NCBI GenBank assembly: GCA_003559575.1
Contig: PWKZ01000080.1
Location: 1-52,652, forward strand
Length of the DNA: 52,652 nt
Reading direction: 5' to 3'
From: Bradymonadales bacterium
Lineage (GTDB): Bacteria > Myxococcota_A > UBA9042 > PWKZ01
Below, piece by piece: positions 7,628 through 15,915 of this stretch (positions are counted from its first letter, which is position 1; every line of letters starts with the position of its first letter). The position numbers and the translations under genes were made by a program. The notes beneath the pieces are model-generated. The model did no database searches. It was given only the letters and a program-made list of their open reading frames with translations, and had not been told where the DNA came from.

Positions 7628-9259
7628 ATGAAGTGGAAGCTTTCTCTGGGTATAGGGTTGCTCGCGTTGATTCTTGCAGGATGCGACCGACCCTCGAGTA
7701 TGGGAGGCACCGCCGCGCGAGGAGCTGCGGTGAAGGAGGAAGGAGCCCGCCCAGCGTTTCCCAGCCAAGAGGTGAGGTTCATCTATCCGCGTCCCGGAAC
7801 TCTGTATCCCGCAGACTTTCGTTCGCCGCACTTTCGGTGGGCGGCGCCCACAGAACAAGTTGCGAGTTGGCATGTGACCCTGAAGGTGCAAGGGCATGAA
7901 GAGGACGTGAGCACGACCACGGAGAAAGACATCTGGCGCCCTGATCGAGCGGTCTGGGAGAGCTTGAAGCAAAAGAGCCTCGAGTCTGGACGGACAATAG
8001 TGGCAAGAGTTGAGGGGTTGTCCGCCGAACCGTCACGGCAGGTCGTCGCGGTGGGCGAGGTTCGTTTTGGGGTTTCAGAGTTCCCCGTCGCCGCATCGAT
8101 TTTATATCGGCAAGTTCCGCTGCCCATCCCGGGGGTGGAAGGACATGAGCTGATCCGGTGGGATCTCGGCGATGTGGCGTCCGACAACGAGCCCAGGACG
8201 CTTCTCACGGGGCTGACTTCCTGCCTGAATTGCCACGCTTCGTCCTTGGACGGGCGGGTCGTCGGATTCGACATCAACTACGAAGATTTCAATCGGTCCC
8301 GTTTCGTAATTGCGGAAATGGCGGAGACGATCGAGTTGACCTGGGAACGCCATTTCAGTTGGAATGATGGCCTGGAATCCGACGAAAACGAACACGGCCA
8401 CCTGTTCGGCGCAAACACTGCTCGAATCTCACCAGACGGCAGATACGTGGTGGCCGGCGGTAAGACGGATGACGTTATTTTGGCGCCGCTAGACTTGCCC
8501 GAGTACTCTTTGCTTGGCGATCAGACCGCCGGAATTCTGCTCATTTATGACGTCGAGAGCGGCGAGATCACACCTCTCCCCGGAGCATCTGATGTCAATT
8601 ACAACCATGGATTTCCAGATTGGACTCCAGACGGAGAGTCAGTGGTTTTTTCACGCGCCAAGGTCGACCAAAGGGTAGTCGGGGTCCCAGACCAAGACGA
8701 CATCACCGAAGAGGTCTTGTCCAGCTTGGGACTCGGCGACGTCGACGCCATTGATCGTCATCTTGGGCTCGACAACGTGAAGTTCGACTTGTACAGAATT
8801 CCCTTCAACAATGGTGACGGGGGTGTCGCGAAACCCATCCCGGGAGGTGCCGGCGGAGGATGGAGCAACTACTCCCCACGTGTCTCTCCCGACGGAAAAT
8901 GGATCGTGTATACGAGAAGTAGAGCCGGGAGTTTCGTACGGCCCGATGCAAACCTGTACGTTCTGCCTCTGGAGGGGGGGGAGCCCCGCCCTCTCGCAAC
9001 GAATAGCTCGAGGATGGACACATGGCATTCATGGTCTCCTAATGGGAAGTGGCTCGTTTTTTCATCCAAACGAGATGGGAGCTTCACCAACATGTATCTT
9101 ACGCACATCGACGACGACGGGGACGCCTCGCCGGCCATCTGGCTGGCCGATTATCGAGCTCCCGGCCTGGCTGTCAACCTACCGGAGTTCTTTCCGGTTA
9201 GAGAGGGCGAACTACTGGAGATAAGGCTTGATCCACGCTTGGATGTATTCGAAGAGTAG
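7628..9259 (+). CDS. TolB-like (PD40 beta-propeller repeat) lipoprotein with a single CxxCH motif, paralogue 1
   Basis: ATG at 7628 gives MKWKLSLGIGLLALILAGC (lipobox LAGC). CLNCH lies at nt 8222-8236. PD40-like blocks are ISPDGRYVV, YSPRVSPDGKWIVYT and HSWSPNGKWLVFSSKRDG. Alignable along its full length with the product of 14214-15860. Confidence 0.75.
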   Translation: MKWKLSLGIGLLALILAGCDRPSSMGGTAARGAAVKEEGARPAFPSQEVRFIYPRPGTLYPADFRSPHFRWAAPTEQVASWHVTLKVQGHEEDVSTTTEKDIWRPDRAVWESLKQKSLESGRTIVARVEGLSAEPSRQVVAVGEVRFGVSEFPVAASILYRQVPLPIPGVEGHELIRWDLGDVASDNEPRTLLTGLTSCLNCHASSLDGRVVGFDINYEDFNRSRFVIAEMAETIELTWERHFSWNDGLESDENEHGHLFGANTARISPDGRYVVAGGKTDDVILAPLDLPEYSLLGDQTAGILLIYDVESGEITPLPGASDVNYNHGFPDWTPDGESVVFSRAKVDQRVVGVPDQDDITEEVLSSLGLGDVDAIDRHLGLDNVKFDLYRIPFNNGDGGVAKPIPGGAGGGWSNYSPRVSPDGKWIVYTRSRAGSFVRPDANLYVLPLEGGEPRPLATNSSRMDTWHSWSPNGKWLVFSSKRDGSFTNMYLTHIDDDGDASPAIWLADYRAPGLAVNLPEFFPVREGELLEIRLDPRLDVFEE

Positions 9260-9410
9260 TGCGGGCTACGAAGAGTCGGTGAGAGAGATTCCGCAAATTG
9301 AATTACCTCAGAGGTACTGCAGAGTTCCTGACTGGCCGTGATGCCCCAGAAACCGGCAAAGACCACTTATTATTGTGATTGTTTGGTATTCTGGCTTGGG
9401 AGTTGATTCG

Positions 9411-10628
9411 ATGGTCAATTGCTTGACGAGGTATACGTTCGGTGAAGCGACGCCGTCTTCCGATGCATCGGCGGAAGCTCCGCCCGCGGTCGCCCACGTT
9501 TCACGGTTCAGCCCCATTGGAGAAGGGGCGGACGAGTTCCACCTTTGTATCCGACCCTGTGGCGCAGGATCGTTCTCCTCGCAACTCCAGGCACTGACGA
9601 CGAGTTACCGGGCGGCTTGCCGAGAGCTCCAACTGGACGCGGAGAGCCTTGTCTTCCAGCACGTTTTTTTGAGCGACGCTGCCAATCAGGAGACTCAGCT
9701 GGAACGCTTCCCCTTCGAAAGTGGACCGACCGTGGCGGCCGCTTCTCTGATCCAGCAGCCACCTCTGCCGGCCGCCAAGCTCGCTCTCTGGGCGTATCAT
9801 GTCCGTGACTGCGCGTCGCTCAGGAAGCGCGCCGTGGGGCCCGGCGGCGTAGCACTCGAGAGGGGCGAACTGACCCATCTCTGGCAGCTCGGCCTCGTGC
9901 CGGTGAACCACCGTGGAGGAACGGTCGAGGAACAGACCCTCGAGGTTTTTGAGCGACTCCAGGCGTCTCTAAATGAATCGGGCGGCGACCTCGCGACGAG
10001 TATCTTGCGTACGTGGGTCTACGTTTCCGACATCGATCGCAACTACAACGCGATGGTCGTCAGTCGACGCAGCCTATTCGCGGCACATGGCTTGACACCG
10101 GAGACACACTTCTTCGCAAGCACCGGTATCGAGGGGCGTCGCGACGATCCGCAAGTCCTGGTGCAGCTCGGCGCCTACGCCGTCCTGGGCTTGGCTCCCA
10201 ATCGCCGGACGTTCCTCGAAGCCCCCCGGCAGCTCGGCCCGACACATGCCTATGGCGTGACCTTTGAGAGGGGAACTGCGGTGGATTATGGCGACCGCCG
10301 TCATGTCATCATTTCGGGCACCGCGGCCATCGATCCTGCGGGTGAGACTCTGTTCTTGGGTGACGTCGTGCAGCAGACCGAACGGGCGCTCGACAATGTG
10401 GCCGCGCTTCTCGACGCCGCCAATGCGGGCTTCGGCGATGTCGCGCAGGCGATTATCTATTTGCGGGACTCATCCGATCTTCCAGCGATTGAGGCGGTCC
10501 TGAAGCGCCGCGGGTTTCACACGCCCTACATTACCGTCCACGGTCGGATATGTCGGTCGGAGTGGCTCGTCGAGATCGAGTGCATGGCGGTAACACCGGC
10601 GGATGATCCCTCATTGGGAAGGTTCTGA
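9411..10628 (+). CDS. Tandem RidA/YjgF-fold protein, possibly an FkbO/Hyg5/XanB2-type chorismatase
   Basis: Two RidA-like modules: EEQTLEVFERLQASLNESGGDLATSILRTWVYVSDIDRNY and VVQQTERALDNVAALLDAANAGFGDVAQAIIYLRD...WLVEIECMAV. The start is uncertain (GTG 9375 or ATG 9411 preceded by GGGAG). The chorismatase assignment is tentative. Confidence 0.55.
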   Translation: MVNCLTRYTFGEATPSSDASAEAPPAVAHVSRFSPIGEGADEFHLCIRPCGAGSFSSQLQALTTSYRAACRELQLDAESLVFQHVFLSDAANQETQLERFPFESGPTVAAASLIQQPPLPAAKLALWAYHVRDCASLRKRAVGPGGVALERGELTHLWQLGLVPVNHRGGTVEEQTLEVFERLQASLNESGGDLATSILRTWVYVSDIDRNYNAMVVSRRSLFAAHGLTPETHFFASTGIEGRRDDPQVLVQLGAYAVLGLAPNRRTFLEAPRQLGPTHAYGVTFERGTAVDYGDRRHVIISGTAAIDPAGETLFLGDVVQQTERALDNVAALLDAANAGFGDVAQAIIYLRDSSDLPAIEAVLKRRGFHTPYITVHGRICRSEWLVEIECMAVTPADDPSLGRF

Positions 10629-10644
10629 CAGGACCCGACGCGTG

Positions 10645-12888
10645 TCAGTTGTGCCGGAAGATATAGGGCCCGCGGACCGAGAGGTCACTCTCTCTCTCAA
10701 CAAAGGAGTGCCAGACGAGAACGCGTTGCGCGAAGTCGTTGACTGCCTCGGCGACGGTCATTGGCCCCGGAAAAATGCGGAGGCGCAACCGCGACGAACG
10801 GCCCGTGACCCGGTCGATTGCTCCTGGAGTCGCCCACGCGTCCGGCGGGGGGCCCGTGATCTTGCCGATGAAGCGTGCGTAGCGGTGATGAAAGACATCG
10901 TGCGCCGGCGCCGTGTCGGGCCAGTGCCCGAAGATCAGTGTGAGCCCCGTCACTTCCGCGCGCCCCCCGCTCGTCAGAACGTTGAGTGGGACGTCTGCCC
11001 AGTCGGGTACCCTGATATCGGTGATGGCGAGCGGTGGGCCGGGCTGCGTGAGATCGATCTCCAGCACGTCGGGGCTGCCATCTCCGGTCGTATCCACTTC
11101 CCCGACACCCTCGGGGCAGGCTTGAGACACGCACTGGAGCGGTGTATCGAGGGCAGGTCCGACGTATCGCAGCCACTCGGATTCGCGGTCGAGAAGCCGA
11201 TGCGACAGGTCGACTTCGACCACCACCGGCGAACCATCAAGATCGACGCGTTCATCCACATGCCAGCCATAGGGGGGGCTGCTGGTGCGTGGCGCTCGAT
11301 TACGCAGCTCGTCGCCCAGGTCGACGAGGTTGCGCCATGGCTGGAAGGATAGATGGTCAGCCAGGCGTCCGTAGTTCGGCCAGGGGGCGACCGAGGTGAT
11401 CCGCGCGCGCTCCCATCGCACGTATTCGGCGTCCTCCGCGCGCTGGCCCGGATGGCGCTCGTGGTAGCGCGGGTCTACCGGCACGTTGACTTCGCGGATC
11501 GCCGTCACTCCACCCCAGCTCATGGCAGAGAGTAGCAGGAGCGCGAGGCCCCATCGCCGCGGGCTGCGGACTGCGGCTTCGATTCCCGCCGTCATCCAGA
11601 TCGCTATCGGTACGAAGATGATGATGATGATGCCCATCTTGTTCGGGACATCCCACTCCTCCTGCAGACTGAGGAACAGGTACGTCGGCGCGAACCAGAG
11701 CAAGAGGATCAGGCCCTCCGTCCTCTTGCGGAATGCCGCGAACACCCCGAGCAGCAGCGCCGCGAACAGCACGACGCCGAGCTTATCGATGAGATAGACA
11801 GGCCACATGAGGAACGTGGGGAAAGGATTCCAAGGTGTCCGAACGACAGTCTCGTAGAGTGGCCACTGCAGCATCCCTGGATACTCCCCAATGAAACGGT
11901 GCGGATTGAGGGAGGAGACGCGGTAGTTTTCGAAGTTCGTAAGCCCGCCCCACGCGAGGCAGTGATGGATATGGCAAATGAGGCTGACCATGTTGAATGG
12001 TATGAACGCGCGTAGGAAAGCCCGCCAGCGTGATCCTTCATAGCGCCATAACACGACGATCATTGCCGGCGCCGAGAGCAGCATGATGTGGCGGCTGAGC
12101 CAGATGAGCCCACATAATGCGCCAATCGTGAACCACGGCATCCCTCTGCGGCGCAGAAGGGCAAACAGCAGCGCCGAGAAGCCGAGCGTGATGAAGTTCT
12201 CATCCGTGATTGACAGGCTCATGACGTAGGGATTCAGCGGCAGCGCCGCCAGTACGAACCACCCCCACTCCCTTCGTCCGAGGAACCGAGCACCGGCGAG
12301 AAAGCCGCCGAGCGCCATCGCGAAGACGAGAAATCCGTAGATGACACGGGGGCCCAGGCTGCCGTGGAGCGCGACGAACGTCGTCATGAGGGCGATGTTG
12401 CCGAGGCGTTGGTCCTCTTCGTTGCTTCGCAGGAGGTCGTGCGACTCTCCTTCGAGCTGCAACACCTGCCCTGTTACCTGAAACATGCACGAATCATGGA
12501 AGTGCATGCGAGTGTCGTATCGCACGAACGCAAACAATCCGATCGCGAGCGCGACCAGCAGGACCGGCAATGCGCACCGCCACCCGCGGCGGAGATGAGA
12601 GGGGACACGTGCTCCCCGGCGGACGAAGATAATGAGCGCGGCGAGCGTCACGGAGGCTCCGCTCACCACGATGACGCCCGGTGTGAGTGGGGCGCCGGTG
12701 AACAACACATAGGCGAAGGCGATGACGGGGACGAGCCCCATTCCCCACACCAGCGCGACGATCACATGATTCAGCGGTCCACGTTCATCTTCCTCGGAGG
12801 TCACCGGGTGCCAATTCAAGGCGACCATGAGACCGGGGATCAGCATACCGGCGAGTGTGAGGACAACCTGGAAGATACCAATTAGCAT
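10645..12888 (-). CDS. Large polytopic membrane protein with a C-terminal soluble domain of about 270 aa (GT-C glycosyltransferase-like)
   Basis: 747-aa ORF starting at ATG 12888. At least 12 hydrophobic segments, a loop motif ITDENF, and a soluble tail. Architecture resembles ArnT/PMT-type enzymes. Assigned from topology, not from a diagnostic motif. Confidence 0.55.
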   Translation of the reverse strand: MLIGIFQVVLTLAGMLIPGLMVALNWHPVTSEEDERGPLNHVIVALVWGMGLVPVIAFAYVLFTGAPLTPGVIVVSGASVTLAALIIFVRRGARVPSHLRRGWRCALPVLLVALAIGLFAFVRYDTRMHFHDSCMFQVTGQVLQLEGESHDLLRSNEEDQRLGNIALMTTFVALHGSLGPRVIYGFLVFAMALGGFLAGARFLGRREWGWFVLAALPLNPYVMSLSITDENFITLGFSALLFALLRRRGMPWFTIGALCGLIWLSRHIMLLSAPAMIVVLWRYEGSRWRAFLRAFIPFNMVSLICHIHHCLAWGGLTNFENYRVSSLNPHRFIGEYPGMLQWPLYETVVRTPWNPFPTFLMWPVYLIDKLGVVLFAALLLGVFAAFRKRTEGLILLLWFAPTYLFLSLQEEWDVPNKMGIIIIIFVPIAIWMTAGIEAAVRSPRRWGLALLLLSAMSWGGVTAIREVNVPVDPRYHERHPGQRAEDAEYVRWERARITSVAPWPNYGRLADHLSFQPWRNLVDLGDELRNRAPRTSSPPYGWHVDERVDLDGSPVVVEVDLSHRLLDRESEWLRYVGPALDTPLQCVSQACPEGVGEVDTTGDGSPDVLEIDLTQPGPPLAITDIRVPDWADVPLNVLTSGGRAEVTGLTLIFGHWPDTAPAHDVFHHRYARFIGKITGPPPDAWATPGAIDRVTGRSSRLRLRIFPGPMTVAEAVNDFAQRVLVWHSFVERESDLSVRGPYIFRHN

Positions 12889-12971
12889 GGGGCCTCAGCC
12901 TTGTCGCGGCACCTCGGCGGAAAGGTCGCCCGACCAAACGGTTCTGGTTATTGCGCGCACCGTGTCAAATC

Positions 12972-14198
12972 TCACGGAGTCTCCTCCGCCGGCGACTCAA
13001 ACCCCTCCCAGTGCGCGCGGAGAAAGGCGGTGAGTTGCCGCCCGATGAGCAGGTGTCCTCTCGGATTGGGGTGGATGATGTCGTGGAACAGTGCGTGGTA
13101 GGGGATGACGCGCGCAAGCAATTCGTAAGGCACGCCGAGATCCTTTGCGCTCTCGCGCAACCAGGGATAACCACGAGGATCATCGCCCGTCTCCGGGGGG
13201 AGCGCGTCGGGAATCCAGCCGGCCAGGTCATCGAAATCGACGTCCAGGACGCCGAGGCACACGTCGGGCCTCGCGCGACAGCGCATGGACATGTGCTCAC
13301 CATGGCGAGGCCCGTCGGCGCGAATCAGAGAGAGCACCACCGCCTTCGCGCCGCGCTGTTTGACAAGATCGATGAGCGCGTCCATGTCGTCTCCGTAGAA
13401 GTGGGCCGCATGTGCCGATGTATCTTCGAGTTGGTGCCGATAGGGGTTGCCGAAGAGCGTCCGCGAGATTCGTTGCGCCAGGAATGATCGGTGCAGCAGC
13501 TCGAGAACGAGGTGATTCACCAAGGACGGCTCGTCGTGCCCCGAGATGCGCCAAAGCACTTGGTCGTAGTCGTTGGCGGGGGTCTGAATGACGACGAGAT
13601 CGGGGGAGACATCACCGAACTCCTCAAACAGCAGGCGGAGTGTTTCCGACGTGCATCCCCTGAGCGCGAGGTTCCAAACCTCGACATGCTCCGGCGCCGC
13701 CGCGCGCATGACGCTCGAAAATCGTTCTTCCTCCACGATTCCATAGCCGAACCCAGTAGAGTCCCCGAGTATGAGGATGCGCCGGCGGCCAGGCTCTTTC
13801 CCGGGCTCGAACGGGCCATCCCGAAAGCCCATCGCGTTCATTGCCTCGTGAATGGGGATCATGATGCGGTCGTAGGGAGGTGCACTCTTGGCCGGCGCCT
13901 GGATCCATTCGGAGTTGGGCTTGTGTGGCCAGCAGATTGTCAGTAGTTCATCGCGGTGCATCCGCAGGAACTTCCAGCGCCAGCGGTTGAGTGCCGTGTA
14001 GAAGCGGAAGGCGACGGACTCCTCGGTGGGCTGATGAGCTAGCCGATAGCCCAGCTCGACGAGCCCCAGCACCATGCACGCAAGGACCGTGGAAGAAAGG
14101 AAGATGAGGAGTTTGGCACCTAGTCGTCGAGCTCGCCTCTCAGGGCGGTCATGCGCCGACACCGCGAGATCTTTGCTTTGAACCGGCGGGTTTCCCAT
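12972..14198 (-). CDS. Membrane-anchored SGNH/GDSL-family hydrolase
   Basis: N-terminal TM segment LLIFLSSTVLACMVLGLVEL. SGNH blocks: ILILGDSTGFG (GDS), ALRGCT (Gly), QTPANDYD (GxND-like) and HDIIHPNPRGH (DxxH). ATG at 14198 lies 15 nt after the upstream stop. Confidence 0.75.
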   Translation of the reverse strand: MGNPPVQSKDLAVSAHDRPERRARRLGAKLLIFLSSTVLACMVLGLVELGYRLAHQPTEESVAFRFYTALNRWRWKFLRMHRDELLTICWPHKPNSEWIQAPAKSAPPYDRIMIPIHEAMNAMGFRDGPFEPGKEPGRRRILILGDSTGFGYGIVEEERFSSVMRAAAPEHVEVWNLALRGCTSETLRLLFEEFGDVSPDLVVIQTPANDYDQVLWRISGHDEPSLVNHLVLELLHRSFLAQRISRTLFGNPYRHQLEDTSAHAAHFYGDDMDALIDLVKQRGAKAVVLSLIRADGPRHGEHMSMRCRARPDVCLGVLDVDFDDLAGWIPDALPPETGDDPRGYPWLRESAKDLGVPYELLARVIPYHALFHDIIHPNPRGHLLIGRQLTAFLRAHWEGFESPAEETP

Positions 14199-14213
14199 TC
14201 GGCATCCCCCGGC

Positions 14214-15860
14214 TCAAAGTGACGAGGGTCCCCAGCGCGGCCGGTCGCTGGAGTCTTCTTCGTTCATGAGGTAGACGTCGAGTGCTTCGTCGAGGTGTAG
14301 TCTCTGAAGATCGCCGGGCTGGATCGGGAAGAACTCGGGCAGATTGACCGCCAGTGATTCTTTCCGGAAGTGGGACAGCAGGATCGCTGGAGAATCGTTG
14401 CCATCTTCGTCGATGTGCGTCAGGTACAGGTTTGTGTATGGGCTGTCGCGCTTTGAAACGAACGCCAGCCAACGGCTGTTTGGTGACCAGGTGTGACCGG
14501 AGTCAGTGGTGTCGCTGCTGCAGGAGAGGCGGCGGGCCTCGCCTCCTTCGGCTGGAATTATGTAGAGGTCGGAATCCGGCGGAACGAATGTGCCGGTCTC
14601 GCTCTTCCGAAACACGATCCATTTGCCGTCCGGCGAGACCCTCGGAGCGTAGTTGTTTTTACCGTTGTCATGGGCGCCGGGAAGCGGCTGAGGCACTCCG
14701 CCGCGCCCCTCGTTGAAGGGCATCGTGTAAAGATCGAGTTGGAGATGCTGTGCCTTTAGGAGATCGTCAAGGTCCAACGAGAGCATTTTCTCCCTACGCT
14801 CATGGGTCCAACCGAGCAGCTCCTCACGCACGGGTGCGCGAGCCAGCACGATCCTTTCGCCGTCCGGGAAGAACCAGGGGAAGGCGTGCACGTAATCCGG
14901 GGAGTCCGCCCCCGGCAAGGGGGTCACCTCACCGGTGGTCGTGTCATAGAACGCCAAAATACCGAGAACGGTTGCCCCCTGAAGGGAATGCCACTTGTCC
15001 GCGCGCGGCGAAATGACGTTGTCGTCCACCAGAACTTCGGAGATGAAGTAGCGTCCGTCAGGCGAAGGCATCGTCGCTCCCGCGGTGCAGAGACTCTCGC
15101 TCGGGCAAATGGGCCCCCCGCGGAACTCGTTCCATGAGAAGGTGTTCGACTTGGAGAGATGCACTTCGGGCCCCACCTCGGCGATCACGTAGTGGGATCG
15201 GTCATGATCGTCGTAGTTGATGTCGAAGGCGAGATGGCTGCCATCCGCCGACACGGAGTGACAGTTCAGGCACGCGTTGAGCCCGGTCAAGAGCAGATCG
15301 GGTTCGTCGTAGGAGGAGACGGTGCCCTTGCGCCACTCGACCTCGTCGTAGCGACTCGGTGGCGGCAAGGGGAGCGGAACCAGCCGGTACACGAGCGGCG
15401 CGCCGACCGGGTGGGCGGAGATTCGGAAGGAGACGGTGTCGGCCGCGAGAACACGTGCCGGAGAGCGCCGTGAAATTGCCACGACGCTCAAAAAGGCTTC
15501 CTCGTTCGTGCCCGCCAAAGCCTCAATAATCGCGGTCCAATCTTCCCTGCGCGGAGACCATTGTGTCTCCTGCGGGCGTGCCGTATAGCGAGTGTCCATG
15601 GAAGGCACCCGAATCGTCACGAACCAGTGCGGCTGAGAGCGTCTCTCCCACTCCCAATCGACAATCGGGGAGCGCATATCCGCAGGATACACTGTTTCCG
15701 GTAGTGGGTAGCGAATCAACAGGGGCGGGGTTGTCGGCTCCGACAAAGCCTTCCAGGAGGCGAAAACCTCTAGGAGCTCCGGATCTTCCGCCTCGCGACA
15801 CGAGCTGAGCGCCAACAAGAGCAGACACATTGCGCAACTCGCATTCGCTGTCTTCAGCAT
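14214..15860 (-). CDS. TolB-like (PD40) lipoprotein with a single CxxCH motif, paralogue 2
   Basis: ATG at 15860 is preceded by GGGAGAG and gives MLKTANASCAMCLLLLALSSC (lipobox LSSC). CLNCH is encoded at 15258-15272. PD40-like blocks are YAPRVSPDGKWIVF and HTWSPNSRWLAFVSKRD. The C-terminal block LAVNLPEFFP is shared with paralogue 1. Confidence 0.75.
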   Translation of the reverse strand: MLKTANASCAMCLLLLALSSCREAEDPELLEVFASWKALSEPTTPPLLIRYPLPETVYPADMRSPIVDWEWERRSQPHWFVTIRVPSMDTRYTARPQETQWSPRREDWTAIIEALAGTNEEAFLSVVAISRRSPARVLAADTVSFRISAHPVGAPLVYRLVPLPLPPPSRYDEVEWRKGTVSSYDEPDLLLTGLNACLNCHSVSADGSHLAFDINYDDHDRSHYVIAEVGPEVHLSKSNTFSWNEFRGGPICPSESLCTAGATMPSPDGRYFISEVLVDDNVISPRADKWHSLQGATVLGILAFYDTTTGEVTPLPGADSPDYVHAFPWFFPDGERIVLARAPVREELLGWTHERREKMLSLDLDDLLKAQHLQLDLYTMPFNEGRGGVPQPLPGAHDNGKNNYAPRVSPDGKWIVFRKSETGTFVPPDSDLYIIPAEGGEARRLSCSSDTTDSGHTWSPNSRWLAFVSKRDSPYTNLYLTHIDEDGNDSPAILLSHFRKESLAVNLPEFFPIQPGDLQRLHLDEALDVYLMNEEDSSDRPRWGPSSL

Positions 15861-15915
15861 GGCCACTCTCCCGATGCGCCAGCCGCCGGGCTCACCGGCT
15901 TACACCTTAACTTCT

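Noticed and set aside
7385-15900. A tRNA-adjacent genomic island downstream of tRNA-Ala.
   Set aside because: There is no integrase, no direct repeat of the tRNA 3' end and no mobility genes. Only a modest GC dip and the 12-nt repeat terminus are seen, which is not enough to call an island.
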